From positions 8,929-72,928 of IMG/VR virus record IMGVR_UViG_3300021387_000535: a stretch of 64,000 nt of DNA; one strand, written 5' to 3'. The translations under genes were made by a program, and so were the position numbers. Positions 9,463 to 20,089 of this stretch are shown here, in pieces (position 1 is the first letter of the stretch; each line of letters opens with the position of its first letter). This stretch comes from a virus (Duplodnaviria > Caudoviricetes). The notes under the pieces were generated by a model. It ran no database searches and was not told where the DNA came from. It was given only the letters and a program-made list of their open reading frames with translations.

Positions 9463-11496
9463 CTAACTTGATGCAACTAATTTCAACATACCAATAATCC
9501 ATCCAATGCCGTTCCACAATGCGCTAACCTCATAGGTAGAATCAGCAGCAATCTCAAACCCATCAGAGTAGTAGATGGAATGTGTAGAAGAGAAGGTCAC
9601 AGCAGGAGAAGACCCAGATGAAATATAGAAGCTCACCGTCTGAACCTTGGTGTTACCTGATGCAATAGTAGGCAAGGTAATAGCCAGCGTGCCTACGGAA
9701 GAAAGAGTGTAGTACTTGCCTACCTCTGCTGTTAAGGTAGCCCCGCTTGCAGAAACAATATCCACCTTATCCTCTTTACCGCTGACATCCTGATGCTGTG
9801 TCAGATACCCCGCATCATTATTAAACGCGCTCACATTGGTAGGAACCACAGGAATATGCGTCGTGTCAGGCAGTGCCCCTACATCCTCCGCTGAGAGGTT
9901 CACATTAGAAGATAGCGCCTTCCCATTGATAGTAGTCGTCTTGTCCACTTTCCCCGACACATCAGTAACAACAGTACCAATGTCCACCACCCCGCTTGTC
10001 CCCTTGGAAGTACCATTCATGGTAATCCCCGTGATAGTACCCGTGTTCTTCGTAAAGCCCCAACCTGCAACCGTTGACTCGGTTACTTCTGATGGTATCG
10101 TCGGCTTGTTCTTAATGAAAGAACTTTTCGTGTTGTCCGTTTCGTTCCAATCGCTTTGCTCTTGTTCAAAACTTCCGCCGTCCCATCTTTCCTTTTCTAC
10201 GTCCGTAACTGTCCTATGCGTCGAGTCGGAGGTTAGTTGCGAAAGTTGTGTGGGGATGGTAGGCTTGTCGGTAAGGTCAAGGTACGAACCAGTGCTTGCT
10301 ACGGTCGCAAGTGCACTTATCGCATCCTGTATGCTTTGATTTAACTGCGTTATCGTTGCATAGTTGCTTAAGTCTATATCCGTAGAACCAATCTTCTCCC
10401 AAATATATACGCCCGCGTTTTGTATGGTTATATATTCGTCTTTTATATTTCTACGTACTTGCGTTTCACTTGGAACAAGGTAGATTTTCTTTGTCGTATT
10501 GATAGACGCTGGAGGCAACGTACTAACATATACAAAACTAAACGTTTGCATCGCGGCAAGCAATGCGTTTACCTCATCCTTGTTATACGAATGGTTCTTG
10601 TCGTAATAATTTGATTTAAGATGGCTATTCGTTGCGGTTATTTCGGCACGAATCGCGGTGTCATCATAGTTTTCAAGTGTTCCAAGCTTACTTTTTTCCT
10701 CATCCGTATAGTCGTTGGCAGACAATCCCATTCCATTTTCTTTGTCTACCTTTTCGTCTAACACGGAACGGATGTACCTATCATCGTAGTTTTCTAAGCC
10801 ATCAAGCTTTTGCTTATCCGCATTCGTGAAATCATTTGTGGATAACCCCTTTCCCGTTTCCTTGTCAACTTTAGTATTGATAACGCCGCGTAACTCGGTG
10901 TCGTCGTAATTCACGAGGCCGTCGAGTTTTGCTTTATATTCGTTTGTGAAGTCGTTTTCCGAAAGCCCTTTGCCGCTTTCTTTCTCTTGGTATATCGTAA
11001 GGTCTGGTTTGTTCCTTATATACGAACGCGCTTGGTCTAATTCCTCCGCCCAGTCGCTTTGTATTTGTTCAAACACGCCACCGCCATAGGAAATAAACAC
11101 ACCGCCGCCAACAAGAGTATAGTCTTCGCTATCGAACTCTATACCCGCTTCTATACCCGCATCGATGGTTGCATCAACAATTTCTATCACCGCACGAACC
11201 ATGTAGCGATATGGGTTTCCGAGGTCGTCGTTACATTTAACCTCGACCTGATATTCACCTACCGTTAACGTGCCGTCATCTTGCATAGATGCAACATTGT
11301 CTTCCACCTCGGCAACATAACTTTTCGTTAACCCAACGTCTTTTTTGAGGTTTATATACGTTGGATAATAAGGACTTGGTATGAAGTCCTTTTCTTCCTC
11401 CGTTATCTCGCCGTCTATAAGACGCTTAATCTTTACGGTGAGTGGAACGTGCAACCGTAGAACGTTACCCTTTACATGTTTTATTCTTACTGCCAT
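9463..11496 (-). CDS. Tail fibre protein with internal repeats
   Basis: Start MAVRIKH; three 40-aa KVDKExGKGLSxNDFT repeats, QSDW...IKNKP motifs, variable C-terminus. Confidence 0.75.
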   Translation of the reverse strand: MAVRIKHVKGNVLRLHVPLTVKIKRLIDGEITEEEKDFIPSPYYPTYINLKKDVGLTKSYVAEVEDNVASMQDDGTLTVGEYQVEVKCNDDLGNPYRYMVRAVIEIVDATIDAGIEAGIEFDSEDYTLVGGGVFISYGGGVFEQIQSDWAEELDQARSYIRNKPDLTIYQEKESGKGLSENDFTNEYKAKLDGLVNYDDTELRGVINTKVDKETGKGLSTNDFTNADKQKLDGLENYDDRYIRSVLDEKVDKENGMGLSANDYTDEEKSKLGTLENYDDTAIRAEITATNSHLKSNYYDKNHSYNKDEVNALLAAMQTFSFVYVSTLPPASINTTKKIYLVPSETQVRRNIKDEYITIQNAGVYIWEKIGSTDIDLSNYATITQLNQSIQDAISALATVASTGSYLDLTDKPTIPTQLSQLTSDSTHRTVTDVEKERWDGGSFEQEQSDWNETDNTKSSFIKNKPTIPSEVTESTVAGWGFTKNTGTITGITMNGTSKGTSGVVDIGTVVTDVSGKVDKTTTINGKALSSNVNLSAEDVGALPDTTHIPVVPTNVSAFNNDAGYLTQHQDVSGKEDKVDIVSASGATLTAEVGKYYTLSSVGTLAITLPTIASGNTKVQTVSFYISSGSSPAVTFSSTHSIYYSDGFEIAADSTYEVSALWNGIGWIIGMLKLVASS
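10630..10990 (-). repeat. Three tandem ~120-bp (40-aa) repeats within the fibre gene
   Basis: EKESGKGLSENDFTNEYKAKLDGLVNYDD / DKETGKGLSTNDFTNADKQKLDGLENYDD / DKENGMGLSANDYTDEEKSKLGTLENYDD; coordinates approximate. Confidence 0.85.
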
Positions 11497-11509
11497 ATAT
11501 TCTCGCGAG

Positions 11510-12118
11510 CTAAATGTTTCGATATTCTTTTGTTGCGTCAAACGACGGGCATGCTTTTATTGCAAAATCCCGATGACCGTATATCTTAGCATTTGGATAA
11601 AGTGCCTTTAGCCTTTTAAGCAAGGACAACAACGAGGCTTTCTGCTTGTCCGTTCGCGTATCTTTCGGTGTCTTGCCATCCGACGCAAGGCCACCTATGT
11701 AGCAAACGCCAATAGATATGCTATTGTGGTTTGTGCAATGCGCGCCACTAACATTCACATCACGCCCTTGGTGTATTGCACCGTCGCGGTATACTACATA
11801 ATGATACCCTATCGTCGAAAAACCACGTTGCTTATGCCACCGTGTAATGTCGCCAACGGTATAGTCCTTTCCCTCTTTTGTGGCGGAGCAATGGACGATT
11901 ATCTCCTTTATGTTCCTACGGGACTTAATTAGACCACCATTTATCGCTTGCCACGTTTTTTCGCCGACAATGCCGTCTATCGTGAGGTTGTTTTCACGTT
12001 GGAACTCCTTGACGGCTTCCTCGGTAAGTGCGCCGAATATTCCATCAACATATAAGTGCAAGGCTCTTTGTAACACCTTGACTTCTTCTCCTCTACATCC
12101 TTTTCTTAATACCATCAT
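11510..12118 (-). CDS. Endolysin: PG-binding domain plus N-acetylmuramoyl-L-alanine amidase (Amidase_2, T7 lysozyme-like)
   Basis: LRKGCRGEEVKVLQRAL...DGIVGEKTW; IIVHCSAT, IGYHYVV, GHRDF, KACPSF zinc motifs. Confidence 0.93.
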   Translation of the reverse strand: MMVLRKGCRGEEVKVLQRALHLYVDGIFGALTEEAVKEFQRENNLTIDGIVGEKTWQAINGGLIKSRRNIKEIIVHCSATKEGKDYTVGDITRWHKQRGFSTIGYHYVVYRDGAIHQGRDVNVSGAHCTNHNSISIGVCYIGGLASDGKTPKDTRTDKQKASLLSLLKRLKALYPNAKIYGHRDFAIKACPSFDATKEYRNI

Positions 12119-12480
12119 TTTCTTTTCCTTTCATTTGTTAATGATTGTATTTGTCTACCTTGCCGCGCAATATCATTCTTAAGTTCGTTGATTTGCTCTT
12201 CAAGCTTGATAATCTTGTTACGCAAAGCGCTGTTTTCCTCGCGTAGCTTTTCATTCTCAACTCTTAGCAAATCCCTATCATTCCGTATGTATTCGCACGT
12301 ATTCTTAAGGTCTTCTATTGTTTGTTGATAGACATCTTGCTGCGCTTTCCACCCATCGGCCTCAGCTTGTGTTGCCTCGCCGTTTGCCTTGCGCTTATAT
12401 GCGCGGTACGTAAACAACCATCCCGTGCCAAGTATTAGTGTGGCTACGCCCAACAAGAACTCCATCCATCCCATAACCAT
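12115..12480 (-). CDS. Holin-like protein (N-terminal TM plus coiled coil)
   Basis: Single TM helix then long coiled coil; overlaps the endolysin start. Confidence 0.55.
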   Translation of the reverse strand: MVMGWMEFLLGVATLILGTGWLFTYRAYKRKANGEATQAEADGWKAQQDVYQQTIEDLKNTCEYIRNDRDLLRVENEKLREENSALRNKIIKLEEQINELKNDIARQGRQIQSLTNERKRK

Positions 12481-14012
12481 TAGCTATTTATTTCTGCTTG
12501 TTCAACCTCCATTTTATCCTCGTTGTCACGGATGATGTCGTTTCGATTAGCCGCCATTGATGCAGCCTTTTCAGCCGTCGAACTTATTGTTTGGTCGTTA
12601 CGACTTATCAAGCTACCACGTTCAGCTATTATTCTATCAACCTCATCTGGTGCAGCATCAGGGCAACGCTCGACTATTGTCTGCGTCGAAAGATACGGAG
12701 CTTCCATGCCAAGGTTCAACAACTTCGTATTGTTCGTTTCAAGCGACCAAGGAATAATCTTTGCGCCAATGCGAACATCGGTATATTTCGTCGTGCCGTT
12801 GTTTTCCAATTCAAGCCCCTCTTGGTGCAAGTATACCATTTCATTGATGAACCTACGCCAATCAACGGCGGATTGAACGGCAAGCGAGTAGTCGTTCGAC
12901 ATGGCAAGCGCAATACCGTTACCACCGCTATTCGATGTTGTTATGTCTTTCGGCGTGATAAAAGACGTGGATGAAAATAGTGATATTTTTTCCTCAAGTG
13001 TCTTAAGGTACTTATCCATCGTTTGCGGTTCTGGGAAATCCAAAACTTTCGCCTCTTGCTTTCCATTTGTCGTATCACTTGAAAGATTGATTATAAGCGT
13101 GCTTGAATCGCGTTTAAACGAATCGGTGTCCATTTCACCAGTAAACACCAAGGCGAACGTTCCAAAGCGTTTTAGCGCTATATCTTGTATGTTCGCCATA
13201 AGTTCCCACATTTCAATTGAACTTTCGGCGTATTCCCAAGCCACCTTTCCTCGTTTATGTAACAACGGACAACGACTAAAGCCGTGGTTTTCCGATTGAA
13301 CCTCCCATCCGTTAGCGGTTTGTGTGCAACGATAATGGTTGGTCGCGTCGTATGTGTCTATTACAATATTCTCGTTTACTTGGTACGCCAAAGAGCGGGC
13401 TATCTCTATTCCGTATTCATCGTAATTGGGTATGATTTGATAACCATCCTCGTAGCTATAATTTGTTACATCGTAGCGTTGGCGCTCTTTGTCAAAACTA
13501 AACAATACGCCACAATTACCAAGTTGCTTGCATGTGTTTATTGCTTGGTACTTGTTCCATTCCATGTCACGCCACATCCATTCTTGCTTGATAACGCTAA
13601 AGACCTTTCTTTCACTTTCGTCTGGAGTTTCGTTGCAAAGATTGAATTCAATCGGATTTGCGGTGAGATTCCTTACGTGTGCGGAATGAATTAGCTTTTG
13701 AAAGGATGCCGTTTGCGTAAGTTCCATCGTTCCGTTAGGCAACGGACAACCATCAATCGATATTTTAATGTGTGGTATTGTACGATTTAGAATGATGTGA
13801 TGAAGGTCTGGTCTATACTCCGTGATGTACGTGTCTTGCGATATTGGATGCAACTCAAGGTTTGCAAACCCCGTGTCTATCGTATCGTTGTTTAGTATTT
13901 TTTGGTTCTCAAATCCATGCGAAGACATCGCGCCGCCGCGAGTAAAAGGCTTCATTAGTAGCAACCGCGTCGGGTCATCCAAAAACCATCGTATGTTTCT
14001 TTCTCTTATCAT
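12480..14012 (-). CDS. Portal protein
   Basis: 510 aa directly downstream of TerL; SGxALxL-like motif (SGGNGIAL) and helical portal-like C-terminus. Confidence 0.75.
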   Translation of the reverse strand: MIRERNIRWFLDDPTRLLLMKPFTRGGAMSSHGFENQKILNNDTIDTGFANLELHPISQDTYITEYRPDLHHIILNRTIPHIKISIDGCPLPNGTMELTQTASFQKLIHSAHVRNLTANPIEFNLCNETPDESERKVFSVIKQEWMWRDMEWNKYQAINTCKQLGNCGVLFSFDKERQRYDVTNYSYEDGYQIIPNYDEYGIEIARSLAYQVNENIVIDTYDATNHYRCTQTANGWEVQSENHGFSRCPLLHKRGKVAWEYAESSIEMWELMANIQDIALKRFGTFALVFTGEMDTDSFKRDSSTLIINLSSDTTNGKQEAKVLDFPEPQTMDKYLKTLEEKISLFSSTSFITPKDITTSNSGGNGIALAMSNDYSLAVQSAVDWRRFINEMVYLHQEGLELENNGTTKYTDVRIGAKIIPWSLETNNTKLLNLGMEAPYLSTQTIVERCPDAAPDEVDRIIAERGSLISRNDQTISSTAEKAASMAANRNDIIRDNEDKMEVEQAEINS

Positions 14013-15784
14013 ATCGAACTTAGTACATTTAATATTTCGCTTGCGTTACGTATCTTTCTTGGACGGCGAATACGCGTGTCGTTTTCATCGTCCGTGTTTA
14101 TGTTTAGCATCGAAAGCATGTCGTCTGATTGTATCTTCTTTCGCATAACGCCAGCATCATCGCGTAGCATGCGATAACAATCATAAATCTGCCCACCACA
14201 TAACAATATAATGTTATCCGTAAGGTCTGGCGACATACCCTTTAACAACGACTTCATTGATTCTTTTGCCATCATCGTGATACGCCCGTTCGGTGTCTTG
14301 TCGAATTGGAAAATCCTACTTTCAAAAAGCATGTGCTTAAGGATTGTTGTCCCACCCTCGCGTTTCATGTTCTTATGATTGTAGTGCGCATTGGCAAGGC
14401 GAGGTTCATAGTGTATGAGGCCAGACTGAATCATTTCCATCGCGACATGGCCAGCCTCATCTTTAAACGACTTAAATTGCGACTTTCCACGGTTGGATGT
14501 CACACCCGCACCACTAAAAAGTATTGCACGTGGAAAACAATCTTTCAAGAAGCCAAAACCTTGCACGTCGATAATCATATCCCGTTCTTGTAGGTTGTGC
14601 TTATCCCTAAATTGTATTGCCATCATTACGGCCTCACGGTTTGTATTGTGCATGGAATACTTTATATCTTTGCAAATGAACCCGTAATGTGACCATTTCT
14701 CCCAATACTTGAGTATAAGGTTGTCAAAACCAGTGGATGCCATGTCGATTGTCATAAGCCGTTTCTCCAAGACGCTATCATTCGGGATAGACATTGGGCG
14801 AAACATGCGCTCTATGTCAACCTGATTAAGTTCAACGCGCGTTAGGTCTTCTACAAACACATCGCTATCGGTGATGGAATAGTTCCAATTCTCGTTATAC
14901 GCTGATGCAGCCGTTGATGCGTTCGCCGCAAGGCCACGGTATCGCTTGTTCTTTGCAAGCATCTTTTTGTTGTCACGGACACTAAACGTGAAGAACACCA
15001 TCGAAAGAATGAAATCTTCGTATGTCATATCTGGGTCTTGTGCGATTAAAGCGTCTATATGCGGCTTGCATTTCTCGTAGACCTCTTCTTTCGTCCTACC
15101 CCAATATGTCTTTTCAATATCACCTTCCTCCATATTGAAGTACATGACAACGCCATCCATGTCCTTGTCAACACTTCCATCGTCGTTTATCCAACCACCG
15201 CCATGTATACCTTTGCCGCAAAGCTTTCGCAAGAAGCATTCGCGCTCTGGGTTTTGCGCAAGATATATTTGAGCCTTTCCCGAACTATCTGAACGCAAAC
15301 GCGGCATGAATGCCGTTATTGTGCGCCAATCAAACTTGTTACATTCGTCGAATATAAGCTTTTTTGCTTGCAATCCCTTTGCAATCTTATCGATGATGAC
15401 TGGGCTTTCGTTATCCAACTGCTGAAACTTTATCTCGCTACCGTTGTAAAGCTTCATACCCATGTCTTCTTGTCGCCGAATAATCTCGCCAATCGGGTCG
15501 TGTGGTTGTTTTTTCACGGAACGGTCTATAAGCGGATACATTTTCTTTAACGTATCACTAACCTTACCCGCACCCCAAAAGTCCGAAATGTTACGCATGA
15601 AACATACAATCTTCGCATTGTCGTTCATTGCGAGGTATTCTATAGGCGCATAATAAAGGGCGTAAGACTTGCCGCCACCCGTGCCACCAGTGAACACGAC
15701 GATGTCGGCATTGGAACGAATGGCATATTTTTGATTACCATCTTCCAACGGAGCAAGCACCGAGTCGTTTCTTTTTCCCGCCAT
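14009..15784 (-). CDS. terL: Terminase large subunit
   Basis: Walker A GGTGGGKS, Walker B LIFDE, coupling motif AQNP, nuclease acidic motif TIDMA. Confidence 0.9.
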   Translation of the reverse strand: MAGKRNDSVLAPLEDGNQKYAIRSNADIVVFTGGTGGGKSYALYYAPIEYLAMNDNAKIVCFMRNISDFWGAGKVSDTLKKMYPLIDRSVKKQPHDPIGEIIRRQEDMGMKLYNGSEIKFQQLDNESPVIIDKIAKGLQAKKLIFDECNKFDWRTITAFMPRLRSDSSGKAQIYLAQNPERECFLRKLCGKGIHGGGWINDDGSVDKDMDGVVMYFNMEEGDIEKTYWGRTKEEVYEKCKPHIDALIAQDPDMTYEDFILSMVFFTFSVRDNKKMLAKNKRYRGLAANASTAASAYNENWNYSITDSDVFVEDLTRVELNQVDIERMFRPMSIPNDSVLEKRLMTIDMASTGFDNLILKYWEKWSHYGFICKDIKYSMHNTNREAVMMAIQFRDKHNLQERDMIIDVQGFGFLKDCFPRAILFSGAGVTSNRGKSQFKSFKDEAGHVAMEMIQSGLIHYEPRLANAHYNHKNMKREGGTTILKHMLFESRIFQFDKTPNGRITMMAKESMKSLLKGMSPDLTDNIILLCGGQIYDCYRMLRDDAGVMRKKIQSDDMLSMLNINTDDENDTRIRRPRKIRNASEILNVLSSI

Positions 15785-15971
15785 ACGTTCCCTTTCTTTT
15801 TTGCAAAAATACACACATTTATTCGCGCGTTCATTTCTATTATATGGAAAGGTTGTTTATTTTGATGTAGTTTCAACAACTAATAAAACGCACGTTGTTT
15901 TCGCCTTGTCTTTTTAATCTTAAATTTGCGCAAACATTTGTTTTAAATTCACGTTTTAATAGGAGAGAACT

Positions 15972-16604
15972 ATGACAAAAGAAGAGGTTTTGCAGAGAGC
16001 AAACGACTATTGTAGCGAGAGAAGCTACGACGAATCAACCCTTACATTAGAGTTTAAAGACAAGTTCGCTGATTTCTTTGCGAAAAGAAACCCAGAAGGC
16101 GACATTAACGATGAAGCCATCATTGCGGACTTGAAGTTTAACCTTGACACGGCAAGAAGCGCTGCGTTGCGTGGTATAGCCACATCAAAGAATGAATTTG
16201 AAACCAAGGAAAACGAATTAAAGGCTCAAATTGAAGAGTTGAACAAGAAAATTGGCAAGAAAACAACACCGAAAGTAGAGCAGGTTATCCCGAAAGAGAT
16301 ACAAGAGCAGCTTGACGAGTTGAAGATGTTTAGGAACAACGAAGCGAAAAAAGAGAAGTTTAAAAACATCATGGGAATTGCCAAGAAAGGTATACGCCAA
16401 GATTTGCACAAGTCGTTCGAGACATTTGCTGCCGATTATAGCGTAGATCTTGATAAGGACGACAAGGAACAAGCAACGGCTATGGTATCACGATTCCAAG
16501 AAATCTTTAGGGATTCTATCGGTGACATTAAGCCACTTGCACCGCAACAAATTAGAAAGCGTGACGCGGAAGCCATGTCGGCCTTGAAACCGATGAAAGT
16601 TTAA
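15972..16604 (+). CDS. Capsid scaffold protein
   Basis: Charged coiled-coil protein preceding the capsid genes. Confidence 0.6.
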   Translation: MTKEEVLQRANDYCSERSYDESTLTLEFKDKFADFFAKRNPEGDINDEAIIADLKFNLDTARSAALRGIATSKNEFETKENELKAQIEELNKKIGKKTTPKVEQVIPKEIQEQLDELKMFRNNEAKKEKFKNIMGIAKKGIRQDLHKSFETFAADYSVDLDKDDKEQATAMVSRFQEIFRDSIGDIKPLAPQQIRKRDAEAMSALKPMKV

Positions 16605-16621
16605 TTTTTAATTAAGTAATT

Positions 16622-17320
16622 ATGTCACAAGTTACAAACTTAGCTTATTTTTACGAAATTTCGCGTAAGGTACGCGGAGGTCGTTCGGTTTGGGTGAAAG
16701 ATAGTAACGGCGAGAACCGCAAGAACGTTCTCCTTGGTGGTACTATTCTTAATCCAAACAAAGGCTTTGGGCATTTGTGGGCAGCACAGCTTGTGCAATA
16801 TGACCCATCCGTAGGTTGTCTTATCTTCCGTTCGTTTGAGGTTAGCACGGCTTCTGGTTCAAGTGCCACAACGATTAAGATTAAGGGTGACGGCTTTAGT
16901 GATGCACCCGAGGTCGGAATGTATCTCATGAAAGCACCGAGCGCAGCTACCACATCGGGCGCTTATGGCCAGGTAACAGCCGTTACATACGACGCAACAA
17001 CCGAAGAGTTTACGGTTACTATTAGTGCTGCCGTTGGCGCACTTTCCGTTGGCGACATCCTCGTGGAGGCTGACGCAGCCGCCGATGCAAGCGCACAATC
17101 GCCCACGGGTTCTGCAAAGGTTCTTGTTCCCAACCCCAACACATTTGTTGAAGCGGATGCAGACCTTATGCCGACCGAAGGCTACGGTCTTGTTAGCAAC
17201 GCAAACTACTCGATTAGCACGGTTCACGACAAGGAGGCTTGGATTGCAAAGATGCAACCACTCCCAACCTATGTTCTTGCAAAGAACCGTTCGCACATCA
17301 ATGGTATTTTCTGGATTTAA
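16622..17320 (+). CDS. Head decoration/cement protein
   Basis: Ala/Thr/Gly-rich, lies between scaffold and major capsid gene. Confidence 0.55.
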   Translation: MSQVTNLAYFYEISRKVRGGRSVWVKDSNGENRKNVLLGGTILNPNKGFGHLWAAQLVQYDPSVGCLIFRSFEVSTASGSSATTIKIKGDGFSDAPEVGMYLMKAPSAATTSGAYGQVTAVTYDATTEEFTVTISAAVGALSVGDILVEADAAADASAQSPTGSAKVLVPNPNTFVEADADLMPTEGYGLVSNANYSISTVHDKEAWIAKMQPLPTYVLAKNRSHINGIFWI

Positions 17321-17340
17321 AGTAAAGGAGGAATAAAAGT

Positions 17341-18639
17341 ATGCCAAACGCACTTAAGAATTTTTGGACTCCCGACGAGACGCTTGATAGACTTTTCACC
17401 AAGCTCTTCGACACCGATAATGTTGGTTATCTTCAGCAACTTGTAGATACCATCGAACTTGACGAAAACGCCAACTTCTGGACTGAGCACTTCCAAGTAG
17501 AAGGTAACGAGTACGACATTGATATTTCGGATACGCACAAGAACCCCGCATGGACTGTTCGCCAGCGCGACATCCGCGTTGTTCCTATGGCCGACCCGAT
17601 GGCTCCCCTCTCGGAAACCCGTCAGCTTGAAACCGAGGGCTACACCGAGAAGACTGGTTCTATCTATGGCTATGGCCGTGGCCTTTTCAACACAAGCATG
17701 TCTAAGCTTGAAATGCAGGCACGCCTTGCTCAGATGTCGCCCGAGGATAGAAGTCTTGTAACCGCAATGCAACGCGGCGTTGCCGACCTCATCAAGACAC
17801 ACAACCTCCGCCTTTCCAATATGGCCGCAATGACGCTTTCTTACGGCGGTGCGTATAACACCACTACCGCGCAGAATATTGTTCCCGCAGGTCAATCTCC
17901 GACACTCACATCACAAGGCTTTAGTGGTGTTACCGTTAGCCAAAGCCCATATATCCCGCTTGCGAACTTCAAGACCGCTGGCGTAAAGGCTTGGACGGAC
18001 ATGACCTCTGGTGCCGAATGTGACATCCCGTCGCAGATGCAGAAGATTGAGTACGACTTCAAGGTTGCCAATAATCTTGACGAATCAACACCGTTTGAGT
18101 GGGACATCCCCTACGACATCGTTGTTAACGTCCTTTTGCCCAACCCGTACTTTATCGCCGAGGTTAACCGTTATATCCGTCTTGAAGCACCCGACAAGGT
18201 TGTTATCATTAGCAACTCGCAGTCGGCTATCGATACGACAAGCATCACATGGGAGCAGCTTGTGGCTTACACTCGTTCGAGCATTAGTAAGATTTCACCC
18301 ATCCGTGTCGTTCGTGAGCAGCAAACGGTACAAGGTATCACCACGTACTACACCGTTCGTGGTTGGAAGCCCAACACCGCCGTTCTCCGTCCTCTCGGCC
18401 ATGCGGGTGTCGTTGTACACGCCGTTCCCGAATGGGTTAAGTTGATGCGTAGTGGAGAGGTTAACAACAACGTGCAATGGTCACTTGCTAAGTGGAACAA
18501 CCTCATCTACATCATCAACAAGATTGTGCCCAACGGCATGTTGAAGTCTTATCACACCGATGCTATTGGCCGTTACGCAACCGTGCTTAACGAAAGCCAG
18601 TACCATGTATGTGTTGACATTTCGACGGCAGATAATTGA
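17341..18639 (+). CDS. Major capsid protein
   Basis: 432 aa, strong high-expression codon bias, position in the head operon. Confidence 0.75.
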   Translation: MPNALKNFWTPDETLDRLFTKLFDTDNVGYLQQLVDTIELDENANFWTEHFQVEGNEYDIDISDTHKNPAWTVRQRDIRVVPMADPMAPLSETRQLETEGYTEKTGSIYGYGRGLFNTSMSKLEMQARLAQMSPEDRSLVTAMQRGVADLIKTHNLRLSNMAAMTLSYGGAYNTTTAQNIVPAGQSPTLTSQGFSGVTVSQSPYIPLANFKTAGVKAWTDMTSGAECDIPSQMQKIEYDFKVANNLDESTPFEWDIPYDIVVNVLLPNPYFIAEVNRYIRLEAPDKVVIISNSQSAIDTTSITWEQLVAYTRSSISKISPIRVVREQQTVQGITTYYTVRGWKPNTAVLRPLGHAGVVVHAVPEWVKLMRSGEVNNNVQWSLAKWNNLIYIINKIVPNGMLKSYHTDAIGRYATVLNESQYHVCVDISTADN

Positions 18640-18697
18640 TTGGTTTTCATAAGTGTTTTAGTTTTTGGGGTAGTTAGATTGTTTTAGGATTGTTAAG

Positions 18698-19084
18698 ATG
18701 ACGGTATTAGAATGGTTAAAGGCTTCGACGCGATACACGTTTGATACGGTAACGTTTGAAAAGATTGCATTGGACAGGGAATGCGACCCGAATGTTGATG
18801 TTTACGGCGACGAGGTAACGAAGCGCCAACGGGAGTTGATGACAGCAGACATTATATTCACCGCCGTTCTCCTTAGTCCTTCTAATACCGCATCTTTGCA
18901 TCAAGCCCACAACGGTTATCAAAAAACCATTGGACAAGAGCAAGATTTCTACCAAGACGAAAAAATTAAGTACGCTATAAGAATATACAATCGATACGAA
19001 GATGATAGGGGTGACACGTTAGAAGAGCTTGCAAACTCAAAGAAAATTCGTTTTGTTCCAATCGTTGATGTTGATAGGGTATGA
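18698..19084 (+). CDS. Head-tail adaptor
   Basis: Size and synteny after the capsid gene. Confidence 0.5.
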   Translation: MTVLEWLKASTRYTFDTVTFEKIALDRECDPNVDVYGDEVTKRQRELMTADIIFTAVLLSPSNTASLHQAHNGYQKTIGQEQDFYQDEKIKYAIRIYNRYEDDRGDTLEELANSKKIRFVPIVDVDRV

Positions 19085-19416
19085 TACGCGACGAGATTCT
19101 TGAATATCCGTATACGGGAACTATAACCCGCGTAATCGCTGGTAATGGCATGCAAAGAGACCAAGTGCTTACGATTTACGAAGGCATGATGGACGAACAC
19201 ATGGCTACCGACGAAGAGGGGCGCACAATGCAAACGGCAAGCTATATCATATCTATTCCTTTAACAAAGGATGAAGATGATAATTGGATTGTACCACGCA
19301 AAGGCGATAAGATTTCCTTGACACGCTACGGAGAAACATTCTCGTTAACCGTTGACAATGCCGACCCGTCGCAAATCGGCGGTGTAAGCATCTACGCATC
19401 ACGTAATAGCTGGTAA
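19081..19416 (+). CDS. Head closure protein
   Basis: Beta-barrel pattern (PRKGDKISL), synteny. Confidence 0.5.
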   Translation: MIRDEILEYPYTGTITRVIAGNGMQRDQVLTIYEGMMDEHMATDEEGRTMQTASYIISIPLTKDEDDNWIVPRKGDKISLTRYGETFSLTVDNADPSQIGGVSIYASRNSW

Positions 19417-19423
19417 TGTCTCT

Positions 19424-20068
19424 ATGATTAAAGGTAGGATAGTCGGTTTTGATTCAAAAAAGATGGCGGAGCAAATGATGAAAGTCGTCATCGAAGAGCA
19501 GAACCGTCGGCTTATCGAATACGCGAAAGAGAAGATTGGTAAAATCGGTGATAGGATACGCGAATACCATAGCCGCAACAACATGGATAGAACAGGCAAT
19601 TTGCTTGATAGTCTTTGTTGGGGCGTTTCCTATAATGGGAAGTTGGTTGAAGGCGGTTTTTATCGGCAAGCAAGCGCAAGTAGAACATCGTATCTACACG
19701 AATGGTTTTCTGGCGACGTAAAATACCTTATACCAGTTAGTGGGCATCAATTGGCTGAGTCTTACATAGAAAAGTACGGGAACAATGGCGCGCAGGGTTG
19801 GCGTGTTTTCTTTGCAATTCTCGCACCGTATTGGGGTTATTGGGAAAAAGGATTTAATATGAAGCGTGGCGGTGGAATACTAAGAGTTGGCTCAAAGCCG
19901 TTCAAAGTCCCACAAACGACACGGTTCATGCAATTCGCCGTAATGACGCAATTCTACGACGAAATAAAAGCAGACCTTAAACCCGCACGTGTTCGTTTCC
20001 GTACAAGTGTTGCAAAGTACGAACGGCAAACCCTCGAGAAAAGGTGGCATAAAATTTCTGGTCTATGA
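19424..20068 (+). CDS. Neck/tail completion protein
   Basis: DRTGNLLDS motif resembling HK97 gp10-type proteins; synteny. Confidence 0.55.
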   Translation: MIKGRIVGFDSKKMAEQMMKVVIEEQNRRLIEYAKEKIGKIGDRIREYHSRNNMDRTGNLLDSLCWGVSYNGKLVEGGFYRQASASRTSYLHEWFSGDVKYLIPVSGHQLAESYIEKYGNNGAQGWRVFFAILAPYWGYWEKGFNMKRGGGILRVGSKPFKVPQTTRFMQFAVMTQFYDEIKADLKPARVRFRTSVAKYERQTLEKRWHKISGL

Positions 20069-20089
20069 TCGCGTAATACAACAAAGGAT

